Assembly: GCA_964016885.1 (NCBI GenBank)
Contig: OZ024743.1
Location: 266,104,001 to 266,168,000, forward strand
Direction: 5' to 3'
DNA: 64,000 bases
Source: Eledone cirrhosa
Lineage: Eukaryota
Shown: one piece after another, positions 1 through 13,599 of the stretch
How the letters are laid out: each line of letters opens with the position of its first letter
Numbering within the stretch: position 1 is the stretch's first letter
Notes under the pieces: generated by a model
Told to the model about the DNA's origin: nothing
The model's input: only the letters and a program-made list of their open reading frames with translations
The model's database searches: none
Made by a program: the position numbers and the translations under genes

Positions 1-329
1 AATGCATTGTAGCCGAGTATAGACGGTGATAGATAGAAACAGAAAACAGACAGATAAAGACACAAGAATTGACTCCAGCACGTGTTGTACTTTCTCAATA
101 AACCAGAACAGCATGAAAGGGGAAGGCGAACTTTTGCGGGACGTGAACTCGAAGTGTAGATAAATGTAACAAATACTATAAGATATTGTACCTGAGTCAT
201 TAACGACGCTGCCATTTCACCTACTAAATATCATATCTTAAGAATTGTAAAAACAAAAAGAGAAGTTGTTTAACATTTCTCTTTAGGTAAAAGACACGAA
301 GATCACATAAGGTTTTCCTTTCGTTATAG

Positions 330-458
330 CTCAGCTGGATGAAGATGTAACTGAAAATGACCATAATCATAGTATCTACTATCGGAAAATAAAGGAATCA
401 GAATATTTCATCACTTCCATAGCTTGGCTACCAAATCTGGTGGTAGCTAACGCGGAAG
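330..458 (+). CDS. Candidate upstream coding exon (phase 1-1) of the CUB-domain gene
   Basis: ttttcctttcgttatAG acceptor, 129 nt open frame (xQLDEDVTENDHNHSIYYRKIKESEYFITSIAWLPNLVVANAE), AG|GTAAC donor; phase fits exon 20407; no recognisable domain. Confidence 0.3.
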
Positions 459-3400
459 GTAACCTCGAACTGTAAATATAGTCTTACTACTTCGGAAGAG
501 TAGATCCTATTAAAGTCAACCAGTGGTCAGGTGCAGCTTTTAAGCCGGATGATTAATTAGATCTAAGTAGGCTAAAGCAGAATTTGAATTCAGCAAGTAA
601 AAACATCGGAAAATATTGCGAGGCATCACAACGGACACTTGCTCAAACCATTTCCCCAGTCCACTACCCTAAAATGGTATGCTATTTATTAACATCTAAA
701 GATTGAAAGGTAAATTTTACCTCGGTTATATTTGAACACTGATTGCAGAAAATGCAGTAATTCATTTTGTTTGATGCTCTGAAGCTTCTGACAATTCGTA
801 GCTCAAATCGATTTTAACGGCGAATGGTCCAGTTGTTACATCATGAAATTAACGCGTGGGTGGTTGCACATTGCAGCGACACGGGTCCACTTAGCGAAAT
901 TCCCAGTAAACTTCAGCGTGACACAAGGTGACAAGGATGGTACTTTGATTTACAAGTTCAGTCTATCCGACGGGCTTACAAATAATTTCACGTACATTAC
1001 AGGGGTCACCCCAAGGCTTAGGTAAATGTCAATCATGAGATTTCACGCAGTGGACTCGAACTTAATTATGCTGCGTCCCCCACTCTCTAAAATATATTTG
1101 AAATGAATACTTAAGGAATTTATATATAAAAGCAGGCGCACAGGCACAGAATTGTGGCCCCTCTCAGACTTGATCAAATTTAAGCATTGAAGTAGGTTGT
1201 ACTTCTCTCTCTTCATTACTGGGGGATTCTCGATGAAATGAAATATTTCGCCCCAAAACATAAAATTATTGATTAATATTTCTCATATTATATTCTGGTT
1301 TGATAAATGTATGTAGCAATCCTTAGGAACCGGAAATCTTCTATTCAGTAATATTCCGATATATCTTGGGAACAAAGAGTAAACAAATTGGATAGAGTCC
1401 GCAGTGCTTAGATCAACACTTCCTTTGCTTCGACTATCTCGATGCCATGACATAAATGTTTTACAGCAGGGGGAGATATATTTGTGCAGTAAAATACAGC
1501 CGGGATACCCAATCAATTGCCACTTGTTCCACCAATTACTGATTTTAACCCGTCAGTTTTAGGAAAACTACCGTTGAAAAATGAAATACATTACCAATTA
1601 CTGATTCTTTAGATCTTCTCAAGTCAGTGTAGCAGATTTAAATTAGAAACGATCTTGGTATTGAAAAATCTTGGTATGATAAATCTTTGACCGCCTAAAT
1701 TTTTATTTGGAATGCGGGGACATGTAAAGAGAAAGAGAATGTGTGTTGCAACGAATACTGAAATTAATACCTCACAAGGTATCTTGAATTCTGATGTTTC
1801 TTGTAACTAATATAGAGTTATCATTTACATAATGTTGGGGCTTTTACTTAACCACTGATATCAGCCATGAGAGGGTTGAACTATTCTGAAAAGCATTTCA
1901 ACTGTGAGAACCTCATACTATTAGAGATATGTGCTGTTAGCAAATTCCATTTTTCATTTTTTTTTTTATTATAGGTGACAGGGTTCATTTGAGGGAGTTT
2001 GACTGCTATTTGTAGCATCTAGATCCACTGCGTAGGTTTAGATGAAATAGGTAAATTCATGACTGCAATGTTGAACTCCACACACCCAGCCGGGTCACAC
2101 AATAGTAATGCCCTCTCGAGGTGACATAGTAGTTTTCACTGGGCTAGAATCTTACAAGTAAAAGGATCCTCAATTATAATCGATTAAAGTGAATAAGCTA
2201 ACATAAATTTTTGTTCGAAGGAAAGGTAGGCCTTCCGACGAGGATCTTTTTCGAGGATAAAATACAAAATAAAAACCTATTGTGCATATTAATAGACTTT
2301 AGATATAATTAGAAATTTTGTATTTATATTTTTATACGTATTGGAATGTATTAATAAGTCTTTTGTAAACTTTCTGGGAAAATGGTTTCATAATTTTTTT
2401 CTACTTCATGAGTTACAACGCTCAACCATCTGGATAATTTAAGTAGCTATTTAAATAAATATTTTTACCAACAAAGAATAAAACAAGTCATGAGTTAAGA
2501 ATTTGTAATGGAATGAAGATAACTAAATACAACGTAATTAATATAAAATACGAGAAAATAACAGTAGAAAATGGTAAAAGAGAAAATTTAAAGGAGATTA
2601 AAGGAGCACACGCTTGTGTAAATGTTAGATAAGGGGATAGCTTATTCGCTAGATTACAAGATAAAGTTTAGGAAATTCAAATCAAGTTAAACACACAGCA
2701 ATGAGCTAGATGGTGTTTAGCACGAGATCAACATTATTGACTAGGCCTATAACGAAATGCATTTCAGCTGTGATAGTTCGGTGTTATTCCAATAATCCAT
2801 AAACACATTATCGAATGCGTACAATTTTTAAGTCATCAAGGTGTGATTTGAATGATATTTTCAGCTATGTTTATTAGGTTAAGGGGCAATTTAAACGCTC
2901 TTTTGACTGAAATATGGCAATGAGCCCATGAGCTGTCGACATATCCTTTAGCACCATACTACTTACAGGTACTTCGCTGTGAAATTTTCCGTCGCTGTCT
3001 GCAGTGAGAGCAATGCTGTGCAATGGCGGGGGGGGGGGGGGGGGTGAACCTATCAATTGGCGTTCCGAACAATTGCATGAATATTATCATAGTTTATCAT
3101 GTAACGATATACAATAGTGCACGTTTAACCGGCCATATATGACATTGCATTTCAAAGAATTTTTATTTGCTGTTTTAAAGATTGGAGTAACGGCCCTACC
3201 ATATAAATATTTTCCGCAAAAAAGAGACATTTTCCAATCACATTTGTAATATCATTGTTAGTAACACCAAAGAGGTGTATTGGAGGAGACGTTAGCATGT
3301 TGGATAGGATACATTATGGCAATCATTCCGGCTCGCTGCACTTTCATTTAATATCCCACCGTTGTCAATTTTGCTTTTGATCCTTTCCAGGTCGCTAAAA

Positions 3401-3618
3401 AAGTACCAGTCTGGTTCCAGGGGGGTTTCTAATTCTCACTAATTTTCCACTACTCTCCCTTTTCTTTTCTGGAAGAAATCTATTATGTTCAGATAGGGAA
3501 ATATATATATATACATATGCTGTGTCCGTTCTATTCGATAAAATTCGTCCCATAATTTTATATATATATATGTATCAAAATGAAAATCCGAAGGCAAGGT
3601 AAAAGTCCAATCATTTAA

Positions 3619-3692
3619 TCACGACACATGCTTCAATAAGAGATAGATCGGTTGTGAAGCCATGATCGATTATCACTGATCTCATCAGGTGA
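3619..3692 (-). ncRNA. Type I hammerhead ribozyme motif, degenerate (GAAG for GAAA)
   Basis: minus strand: tcac CTGATGA [47 nt stem II] GAAG catgtg TC gtga; stem I tcac/gtga; lies in a TA-flanked insert at about 3575-5298. Confidence 0.6.
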
Positions 3693-4207
3693 AAATGAAT
3701 TGTCTTCAAATTCTTGATATGAGGGAGAAAAATAACGATGTTCTCTCACAGAATTCATTTCCTCATGTGAAGACACACCAGTCAGAGACACGGCAACTAC
3801 TATTAACTTCAGTTGAGGTCATAAAAGTTGTCAGATTCCTATTGCTGCAAAAGACGCTGGACATCAATCAAATATGTAGGGATATAGTCGGTCACAGTTA
3901 ATGTGAGTGGGTGCACACGCACTCCACACCCACATACACCGGCTCGAGATCAAAGAAAAAAGTATATACATATATATACACACATCAACACAGTATCAAA
4001 CCTGTAGAATTATAGAAGGTCACAGTTAGTGTGGGTGGGTACACACACACCGAAGTGATGTCAGAGAAAAAAACAAATATAAGAAAACAAATATAAGAAT
4101 GTACGAACACAGCATTCACCGAAATTAGTTCACAAAACAACATATGCTGCATTGGTCAAATCTCAATTTGACGATGTAAATTGGAAATATTGGGTTAACC
4201 AACGGCC

Positions 4208-4228
4208 CACACACACAAACACAGACAC

Positions 4229-4309
<81 letters not shown>
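4208..4309. repeat. (CA)n microsatellite
   Basis: direct dinucleotide repeat. Confidence 0.95.
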
Positions 4310-4312
<3 letters not shown>

Positions 4313-5145
4313 AGTATGTTCAATTCAGTGTTCTGCTATACGCGTATAGATTGAATTGTAACATCCATATCTTCAAGTGTATGTTATGGTATATACACTT
4401 CCGAATCGTCCAAAAAAGGGTCTGTCTGGATATATACATATCTATGTGAAGATCAAGTAATCAGCTCATATCGAACTCAGTGTGTACCGCTGTCCCATTG
4501 AACATGCGAGTCACCAAATACGTGCTTGCAAGCAACCGCAATGTAGGCCAGCAAGGCGCTCCGTGTAGGATTGGGTATTGGGTAAATGCGTCAGTAAGTG
4601 CGATTTCTCGTCATATGGGCCAATGAGTCTTTAAGATAGTTGTTTGAGTGGTGGAGGTGTGTTATCCAACACAGAAGGTGAAATAAAAAAACACAGGATA
4701 ATAAAATCCAGAGGATGTGTGTAGGCCCATTAATGGTGTGTAAGTAGTATTGTTCAATCCGTAACAGTGAGACATCCATTGTTAGACGATCACGGATCAA
4801 AACCTAGTGTAGTGTTGAGTCGGTAGGAAGGTGACAGTCGTAATTATGGGAGATCAATGTCTAAAGGAAACGGTTACTGTGTGTAGAGTTATGCATAGAG
4901 AGCGCAATCAGTCCTAAGTGTGTAATACGACTAGCTATCTCCCAACTGACAGAACTCAATGGTTAGGGTATCTTAAAGTAAAGGTAGGTGCGCGTAATCG
5001 GTCTTGCCTGAGTGTGCAATCAATTACTAACTAGGTATTCTAAGTGTGTAATCAATCTAACTATTTACGAGCTAGGTATTCTAAAAAAGTGCACTCAGCT
5101 GTGAGAACTACGTGGAAACGGGCCGAGTATCGTTTGTAAGTGCGC

Positions 5146-5298
5146 AAACAATCATAGCCGTCTAACTACCTGAGTGTGTGACTGTCTGTTTATTGAGAGG
5201 TAACCTACCACTAACTCCTCCCTCTCTACTTTAGCCATAGAGTTCTCACAATAAACAGACAGTCACACACTCAGGTAGTTAGACGGCTAAGATTGTTT
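5146..5298. repeat. Inverted repeat, about 50 bp arms, abutting a (TA)n tract
   Basis: aaacaatcatagccgtctaactacctgagtgtgtgactgtctgtttattg ... caataaacagacagtcacacactcaggtagttagacggctaagattgttt. Confidence 0.85.
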
Positions 5299-5321
5299 AT
5301 ATATATATATACATATAATTA

Positions 5322-5450
5322 TGTTTCTGAAGACGCCGGTCGATCGAACAGGAATTTCGAGACTAGAAATAGGTAGTACCTGTCAATTACCATGCTAGTC
5401 GAACGTCGAGCTTGTACGATCAATCGACGCTCTGAGACGATCGTAAAACA
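5322..5450 (+). ncRNA. Type I hammerhead ribozyme motif with 100 nt stem II, degenerate (GAGA for GAAA)
   Basis: tgttt CTGAAGA cgccggtcgatcg...cgatcaatcgacgctct GAGA cgatcg TA aaaca; stem I tgttt/aaaca; palindromic cgatcg. Confidence 0.6.
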
Positions 5451-5688
5451 ATGAGCTCATTAACTACCTACCTCTGACCTCTGTTTTTTTTTCATTGTTC
5501 TAGTCACAAACACGTATGTGTAAATGACTCTGTAACCTTGGTAGTTCTCGTTCACGGAAACATTAAGCGGTGGTCACCTCCTACAAAAACTATTGCCCAC
5601 ACCGCCTAATCTCGCTGCAACCATCTTTCTAAGGACACATTGAGTTCTAACAGCGTTATCAGCCTCACCACAACCAGGTGGAATACGA

Positions 5689-5699
5689 TATATATATAC

Positions 5700-5764
<65 letters not shown>

Positions 5765-5838
5765 AACACACACACAAATATGTATATATAGTATGTGTGT
5801 GTGTGAGTGAGTGTGTACATCTATATCTACTTCTATAG

Positions 5839-5875
<37 letters not shown>

Positions 5876-6239
5876 GAGAGAGAGAGAGGGAGAGAGAGAG
5901 AGTTTATATATATATATATATATAAACTATCTATATATATATGTTATATTATATTATATTTTATTATGTTATATATATATTATATTATATATATATATTA
6001 TATTATATTATATTATATTATATTATATTATATTATATTATATTATATTATATATATATACATATATTATATTATATATATATATATTATATATATTATA
6101 TATATTATATTATATATATATTATATTATATATATAGATAGTTATAGATATATACATATAGATATAGCTATGGATGTAAATATTTAGATGTACACACTCA
6201 CGCACACACACACACGCACACGCACGCACGCACGCACGC

Positions 6240-6285
<46 letters not shown>

Positions 6286-6293
6286 ACACACAC

Positions 6294-6328
<35 letters not shown>
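5689..6328. repeat. Compound microsatellite block (TA)n/(GA)n/(TATTA)n/(CA)n
   Basis: direct simple repeats. Confidence 0.95.
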
Positions 6329-6329
<1 letters not shown>

Positions 6330-6649
6330 TGCCATATCCAAAGTAATTATTGATAACATATTGGTACATATATCAACGAAATGAAGTATGTAATGGTCGC
6401 AGACTACTGCGCTCGTCTGCAAAATCCGTTGAAGAATCATGCATAGAATAATGATTTTTGTATGTGTATATTTATGTGTGGGGGGGGGGGGGGTATGATT
6501 AATTGAATCGATCAGAATACATCCAGAGGATATATTTGAACGATTCTGAAAAGATGAAAGGCAAAAGTCGCCCTCGGCGGGATATGAATTCAAATTGCGG
6601 AAAAGGCAAAATTGAAAGTTGTAAGCCAATTAGTTCGGTATCTCTACGA

Positions 6650-6674
6650 TTGCTGCTGCTACTGCTGCTGCTGA

Positions 6675-6727
<53 letters not shown>

Positions 6728-6762
6728 TTGTTGCTGGAGCTGTTGCTCTTGTTGTTATTGCT
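6650..6762. repeat. (CTG)n/(CTA)n/(TTG)n trinucleotide repeat
   Basis: direct repeat; source of the poly-Leu and poly-Ser ORFs. Confidence 0.9.
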
Positions 6763-7069
6763 TCGGGTAAAACTACGACGGTTTAAATGCGAGTGTTCCA
6801 ATCGTACATTCAATGGAAATTAACATTGAAATTGCTGAGCATTTTACAGACAAGCGCACGTTTGGCTTAGTTCTCAGAGAGATTCAGCAAGACACACCCT
6901 GTTACATGGCCTGCTCCCTGTATTTCACGTACAACATATGTGTTGTATAGCTTAGTGGGTTGTATGTAACAAAGGAAAATAGAATGTTTTGCTCTAGGGC
7001 ACAACAAGCCGCCACTATTCGAACTCCTGATCGGCAGTACTCACCGGTATAACTGATAAGCCAGAGATT

Positions 7070-7600
7070 TCTGGAAATTCTCCATGATCTAGAACCGTTC
7101 TGATAGGTGACCGTTTACATTGTCAACTGAGCAGATGCCGCTGTGAAATTTAGCGGTGCAGACTGGACAGAAACTGCCTGCCTTGAAGACAGCCTCCACA
7201 TATCGATGGTCGACGCTATCGGAATCTTTGATTTGTAAAAATTCATCAGTCCTTACCCTCTCTGGGATGCATCGCCTGAGGTAGAGGTTATCATGTATGG
7301 ACCTCGAAGTGACTGCACATATTTGTTCCTGCACTCTACCAGACACTTGACGGTAAGCGCTAACCTCATTGCTAGCACCTTGACCAAACCGGGCGATTTG
7401 CTCCTCGTACAGCCGACCGGGACTTCAGGTATTTCGACTGAGGTTATCGGATTTTTGCAGCACTCCGTATCAGTCACCGAGAGTCGCGTATAGTCCTGCA
7501 AATTGCAGGCGATAAATCGCACACATCTGTTTGGAATCAACTGACCGGTGCCCGTCTCGGTCTGGTGAAGAATAGGGGATTATTTTCCATGCTGCGCCTC
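7070..7600 (-). mobile_element. Decayed Tx1/L1-like reverse transcriptase fragment
   Basis: peptides KSPGL, KVLAMRL, RSIHDNL, DSVDHRYVEAVFKA, VNGHLS parallel the RT at 49477-50071 (KSPGL, AFDRVDHQYMEAVLKA, VNG). Confidence 0.7.
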
Positions 7601-8519
7601 CGATAGTCGTGCCCATCGAATATCTTTCGTTTCTGTGTTTCCTAAGAAATGCACATTAGTTCTGACAATAACAGATTTGTGTTTCGCATTGGAAAAATGA
7701 TCCAGTTCTATTCTCACAACTTGTCAGTTGCAATCCGACCCCAAATCACATAATCTAATTTATCTACAAACGCCCATCTCTTTCTATTTGCCTACCTTTA
7801 ATTATTGAATAAATGTCATTGATTCCACATTAATTGCTCTCTTGACAGCAACTCTCCACCTGTTTTTGACGATATCCCTTCACAAATGTTCTTTAAATAA
7901 TGTACTAAACCGGTCACTGAAGAATAGCAACGCATTAAACTTCCAGTACCGCCGTCACAGTTTACGTGTTCTATCAATGTCAACCATGCAGAGCACGAAT
8001 TTGTGGACAACTTACGCTACCCATATCGGCTAAATTATTCAAAAACCTATCTAAATACGATGTAGATGACTCTATGCGAATAGTCTAGGTCCACAATGGC
8101 GCATTTGGGAAATCTATTTCCTAGCCTTCCGACATTTGGTGCTGTCTGATGAGCTACACTTAGGCAGTTCCACCAGGCGTTTGAAATACCGTTCCACTAA
8201 GGCACGCGGATAACAGTAAAAGGTGAAACTTTCCTAGAAAGTCTACCAGACACCAAATAAAATCCGGCCGTTCACCCACATTTGGAGCGTAGTCGGTCAA
8301 TAGTCTTAAAGCACTACTTCGCTATTACTCACATTCAGGACCATCAAATTACCGGTCGCATCTAGGAATAACTTCCACACATCGAAGTCCAGGCCTTTGC
8401 TAAATAAAATAGTTATTTTAATGTTTACACTAGGTTATATTTAAAATTACATATATGTGTACACAAACATACACACATACATACATAATACATGCATACA
8501 CACATACATACATACATAT

Positions 8520-9130
8520 ATGGTGGCTGCCAACTCGTTTTCGAGTACGGCCCCTACTTTTTATCCATGTAGGAGAACCACTACCAATGTGCTGAACGAG
8601 TGTGACTTTTTAGTCCAGCCAGCGACTTGAAAACTCTGGTACAAACACTACACTTGTGACAATTATTGACACATAGTGCTGGGCCCATGGTACCATGTGA
8701 CGACAAGTGCAGAGAGATCTCCAGATATGAAGCAATGCCTATGCCGCGAAGCTTTTATAGTGAGCAAAGGCACTACACAAAGCCAGTCCCACTCTCTTAA
8801 CCAAGATGATATTTACCAAAAAGAAGAACAAGTCAACATCATTGGATACCATCAGGGTTGCATGTGTTATATCAGAGTTTTCCTTCTCCTAGAATTCTCC
8901 CTTGACAAAGGCTAAGGGGTCATCTCTCCCGGTGATTTTGGATGGCCATTGACTCTTAAGAGCTCCTTTGCTCTTTGACAGGTTTTGTTTTTAGTCCTGC
9001 AGGATGTGCAAAGTCACCCTCATCACCAAGAAACCTTGGTGGGGTTGCCAGTTTAGTCGTCAACGACCCGACCATGAGACATGTTGTAATGGGATACATG
9101 TTACCAATAGCACCAACTGGTGACCTGACA
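8520..9130 (+). mobile_element. Non-coding interspersed repeat in (TACA)n, resembling an RTE-type LINE 5' UTR
   Basis: near-identical inverted copy at 12215-12633; relatives at 28805-28860, 29010-29125, 29295-29630; starts ggctgcc..ctcg....cgagta and contains ccttctcctag. The RTE resemblance is from memory, not a search. Confidence 0.55.
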
Positions 9131-9155
9131 TGAATACATACATACATACATACAT

Positions 9156-10206
9156 CTTGAGAAGCTAGGCTTCACAGGAATAGAACGAACACATCTAGTT
9201 AGGAAATTACAAGTTTAATCAATTATTGGAACAGTAAAATTATGTAAAACATTCCAAAAATTTTGCATCTAATAACTGCATATACACATGTACAGATACA
9301 AAGCATATACACATACACACATACAACTCAAAACATCCACATCCACACATACAATAACATCCATATCTACACATGCATGCATACATACATATCTACCTAG
9401 TTGATGCTGTGTAAATTCCAATGAGAGAGTATTGTGTCTATGTTAGAACCGACTCTCTCTCTATTGGTAAAACTTTGTGAAATTATAAAACCAGAAGAAC
9501 ATACATACATAAATACATACGCTGACAATAAAGACATTAAAAGTTACAGCAATGTGGAAGAGATATACATACATTATATGAAAATGTACTGGTGGAATGT
9601 TCTAATTAAAACACTAATAAAATGCACACCAGATTTAATGATATGGGACAGGGAAAAGAAGGTATGTACAGTAGAGGAAGTTAGCTGCCCATAAGATGCC
9701 AATATAATATTAAAGATCGTCGAAAAAGAGAATATCTATGCAGTACTAATGAGAAATCTCCAGATACTACACTCTGAATATACCTTCAGATTTTTTACCT
9801 GTGATTATTGGGGCACAGGGATATGTTAGTAACTGTCTCATTACAAATCTTGCGAAGCTAGGTTTCACAGAAATAGAATGAACACGACTAGTTAGGAAAT
9901 TACAAGTACAATCCATTAATGGAACAGTAAATATATGTAAAAACCTTCCACAATTCTGCATCTAATAACTGCATATTCACATGTATAGATACAATGCATA
10001 TGTACATGCACACACATAACTTAAAACATCCACATCCACATATACATTAACATCCATAACTGCACACATGTGCATACATGCAGGAATGCATACATATCTA
10101 CCTAGTTGATGTTGTTTAAATTCCAATGAGAAAGACTTGTAACTATGTTAGAAACCGACTCTCTCTCTCTATTGGTAAACATTTATAAAATTATAAAACC
10201 AGAACA
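9156..10206 (+). mobile_element. Two tandem 5'-truncated R4/Dong-like non-LTR retrotransposon 3' ends (restriction-like endonuclease)
   Basis: PDLMIWDREKKVCTVEEVSCP (PD..E motif), then PVIIGAQGYV...LAKLGF...VRKLQ; duplicated 3' UTR ending ttataaaaccagaa in (CATA)n at about 9499 and 10206. Confidence 0.75.
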
Positions 10207-10694
10207 TACATATGTACATATACACATTCATACATTCACATTTACACTCCCACATATATAGACCCGCACAGAGCTACATACTGATGCACATTAGTACAAT
10301 GTTGCATTTGTATATAATGAGGGAAAATAAAACCCGTCAATCAACTAACATTATGTTTGGAATTCAGCATGATTTGAGGTCCATCACCTCTTACTTATTT
10401 CTAACTATCGAAGTGAAATTACTGAACCCTGGATAACATGTGTATGCAACATAATTTTAACATTAAACTATATGTATATTACCATGTTTTTAACCCAGAG
10501 TGCAATAAAGGTTTCTCTGTTAATGTGCAGAGATATGTCTGCCAACATTTCAATATGTCGTTTTATGTTTAGCGTAACCGTAACTTGAGCCAACCCAAAG
10601 TTCGCAGATCACTATTAAAAGGGATGAATTGTAATATAGAAAATTAGATTAAAATCCTAATTATATTTTATTATTATATATATATATATATATA

Positions 10695-11555
10695 TTTCGT
10701 TTCTGAATTTGTTTAGCAAGATACTTTATCTGAAAACGTGTGTTGAAGCCGATATTGTTATACTTTGGCAGTGTCATGTTGCCAATAAGAAACACACGCA
10801 ACAGTTGCTTTCACTTCAATTTATTATAAATTAAATTTATAAATTTAGGAATTTATAAATTTCCAGTTGGTTGGTTGGTTTCACAACCAGACGAATGTTC
10901 ATATATTGTCAAAGTTCTTTCGTCAAACATTCTGTGACCTCATCAGTGACTGAAGATTCTTTTCTTTGTTTTTGTCCCTCTCCTTTGTTCTGTCCTTCAC
11001 CATCTTGTTTTTGTGTGTGTGTTGTGTGCTTAGTTTGCACATGTGTTACGTCCGGGTGTCTGTGTGTGTGTTTATATTTGTTTATTTATTTTTTTATTTA
11101 CATGTTACTGGGTGGTTGTTTGTTCTATGTGTGTGTGCGTTTTCATTTTGTCCAATTAAGGACAAAATGAAAACACAGACACACATAGATCAAACAACCA
11201 ACTAGTAACATATAAATAAACAAATAAATAAACAAATATAAACACACACACAGACACCCGGACGTAACACATGTGCAAACTAAGCACACAACACACACAC
11301 ACAAAAACAAGATGGCGAAGGACAGAACAAAGGAGAGGGACAAAAACAAAGAAAATAATCCCCAGTCACTGAAGAGTTCACAGAATGTGTGACGAAAGAA
11401 CTTTGGCAATATATGAACAATCGTCTAGTTGTGGAACCAACCAACTAACCGGAAATTTATAAATTCCTAAATTTTAAAATTTAATTTATAATAAATTGAA
11501 GTGAAAGCAACTGGTGCGTGTGTTTCTTATTGGCAACATGACCCTCCCAAAGTAT

Positions 11556-11563
<8 letters not shown>
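10695..11563. mobile_element. Fold-back element, family A copy 1 (about 400 bp arms), Penelope pLTR-like, in (TA)n
   Basis: arms 10752-11153 and 11160-11563 are reverse complements around aattaa; 57 bp unpaired tail on the left; second copy at 24402-24995. Confidence 0.9.
10908..10950 (-). ncRNA. Minimal type I hammerhead motif (mirror copy on + at 11365-11407)
   Basis: gtca CTGATGA ggtcacagaatgtttgac GAAA gaac TT tgac. Confidence 0.65.
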
Positions 11564-11630
<67 letters not shown>

Positions 11631-11648
11631 TGTGTGTGTGTGTGTGTG

Positions 11649-11709
11649 TATTATAAGAACAGATTGAAGTTTAAGCAAAGAATCGCTGCTTTCACCCTTA
11701 ACGGGATCT

Positions 11710-11712
<3 letters not shown>
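11649..11712 (+). repeat. About 65 bp microsatellite-embedded repeat
   Basis: cagattgaagtttaagcaaagaatcgctgctttcacccttaacgggatcttaa; inverted copy at 47479-47542. Confidence 0.8.
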
Positions 11713-11789
<77 letters not shown>

Positions 11790-12214
11790 ATAAAAGTATT
11801 CGCTTTTGCAGGGTATTTCACGATCTTGTAAAATGGCTGCGCATAACAAATGGGAAGAAAAAGCTATAAGATAGTTTTATTCAACGTGGTCGATGGAGTT
11901 ATGTAATACATGTATCTTCATGTAAGAAGATGTGTCACTGAGAATAGAATAGAAGTTCAAGGACTATTTCACGGAGTAATATAATATAAACATAATAACA
12001 GGAAAAACTATGCAACGTTTATAGTTGATATGTAATCTACTAGCTCACATTGCGTTGTTGAATTGCTCATCATTGGAGAGATTCCAAAGTTTTCGTAGGC
12101 GAATATATAACTGCTTTGAAACACGTGTTAGAGGTTCTATTGTCTAATAAATGTTTCTTCGAACTTCCATAAACGTTCCCTAGGTTTTCCTGATTTACTG
12201 ATTATATATGTATG

Positions 12215-12632
12215 TATCACCGGGAGAGATGACCCCTTAGTCTTTGTCAAGGCAGAATTCTAGGAGAACGAAAACTCTGATATAACACCTGCAACTCTGA
12301 TGGTATCCAATGATGTTGACTTGTTCTTCTTTTTGGTAAATATCATCTTGATTAAGAGAGTGGGACTGGCTTTGTGCAGTGCCTTTGCTCACTATAAAAG
12401 CTTCACGGCGCAGGCATTGCTTTGTATCTAGAGATCTCTCTGCACTTGTCGTCACATGGTACCATGGGCCCAGCACTATGTGTCAATAATTGTTACAAGT
12501 GTAGTGTTTGTACCAGAGATTTCAAGTTGCTGGCTGGACTAAAAAGCCACACTCGTTCAGCGCTTCGGTAGGTGTACTCCTACATGGATATAAAGTAGTG
12601 GCCGTACTCGAAAACGAGTTGGCAGCCACCCC

Positions 12633-12633
<1 letters not shown>
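12215..12633 (-). mobile_element. Second copy of the 8520-9130 repeat
   Basis: reverse complement match; gives the same spurious MLGPWYHVTTSAERS ORF. Confidence 0.8.
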
Positions 12634-12690
<57 letters not shown>

Positions 12691-12692
<2 letters not shown>

Positions 12693-12870
12693 CGAAGGAA
12701 ATGTGGTAAGGAACCAGGTGGACCATAACGCACCAAATTACTCAATACTTAGGGTAGTAGAGTGGGTAATAGGAACGAGTAGGACCCCGATGGCTGAGCT
12801 CAAGCCGTTTCGACGGCTAAGAATTAGCCGTCGAAACGGCTTGAGCTCAGCCGTCGGGGTCCTACTCGTT

Positions 12871-12875
<5 letters not shown>
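12691..12875. mobile_element. Small hairpin-plus-tail element, family F copy 1, in (TA)n; carries the 3' half of a hammerhead
   Basis: 52 bp arms 12769-12820 / 12824-12875; GAAAC ggc ttgagctca gcc GTC; other copies at 43513, 54412, 57918. Confidence 0.85.
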
Positions 12876-12947
<72 letters not shown>

Positions 12948-13176
12948 ATGTATTTTGTTCTCACTAGTCGATTCTTTCGTTGCTACAGATGACGCAGCTG
13001 AATTAGGGTCACTATCTTCAATTTGCAAACTCTTTAAACTGTATGTTATTACTCTGAGGTCTATACCTTGTGCAGTGCTTAGCTGCACTGCTGAAGGCAT
13101 TCGTTGGCTTATCTGCTGCTCGAACTTCGAATATGCTGTACTTTCATTTGTATATATATATATATATATATATACA

Positions 13177-13389
<213 letters not shown>

Positions 13390-13599
13390 GGGAGATTACA
13401 TGAATCAAAGTTCTGTTTAAATCATTGATTTGCTTACAATTGTTTCTTCCAAACCGAGGTTTGGAGTCTTCGGACCAATTATTCAGTGATTTTTAACATA
13501 CTTGACCTCCTTTTCAACACAAGAGACATATAGAAACATATGTATATATTGACCCACAGTTAACAAGGTTAATAATACACACAGTTAACAAGGTTAATA

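Noticed and set aside
6503-6823. Poly-Leu ORF resembling a membrane or signal peptide
   Set aside because: Product of a (CTA/CTG/TTG)n repeat; no splice or domain support
8676-12476. Duplicated 79 aa ORF MLGPWYHVTTSAERS
   Set aside because: Two copies of an interspersed repeat; GTG start, no domain
12990-13110. CAGATGA with paired gcagctgaa/ttagctgc as a possible HHR
   Set aside because: Core altered and no properly placed GAAA...UH; too degenerate
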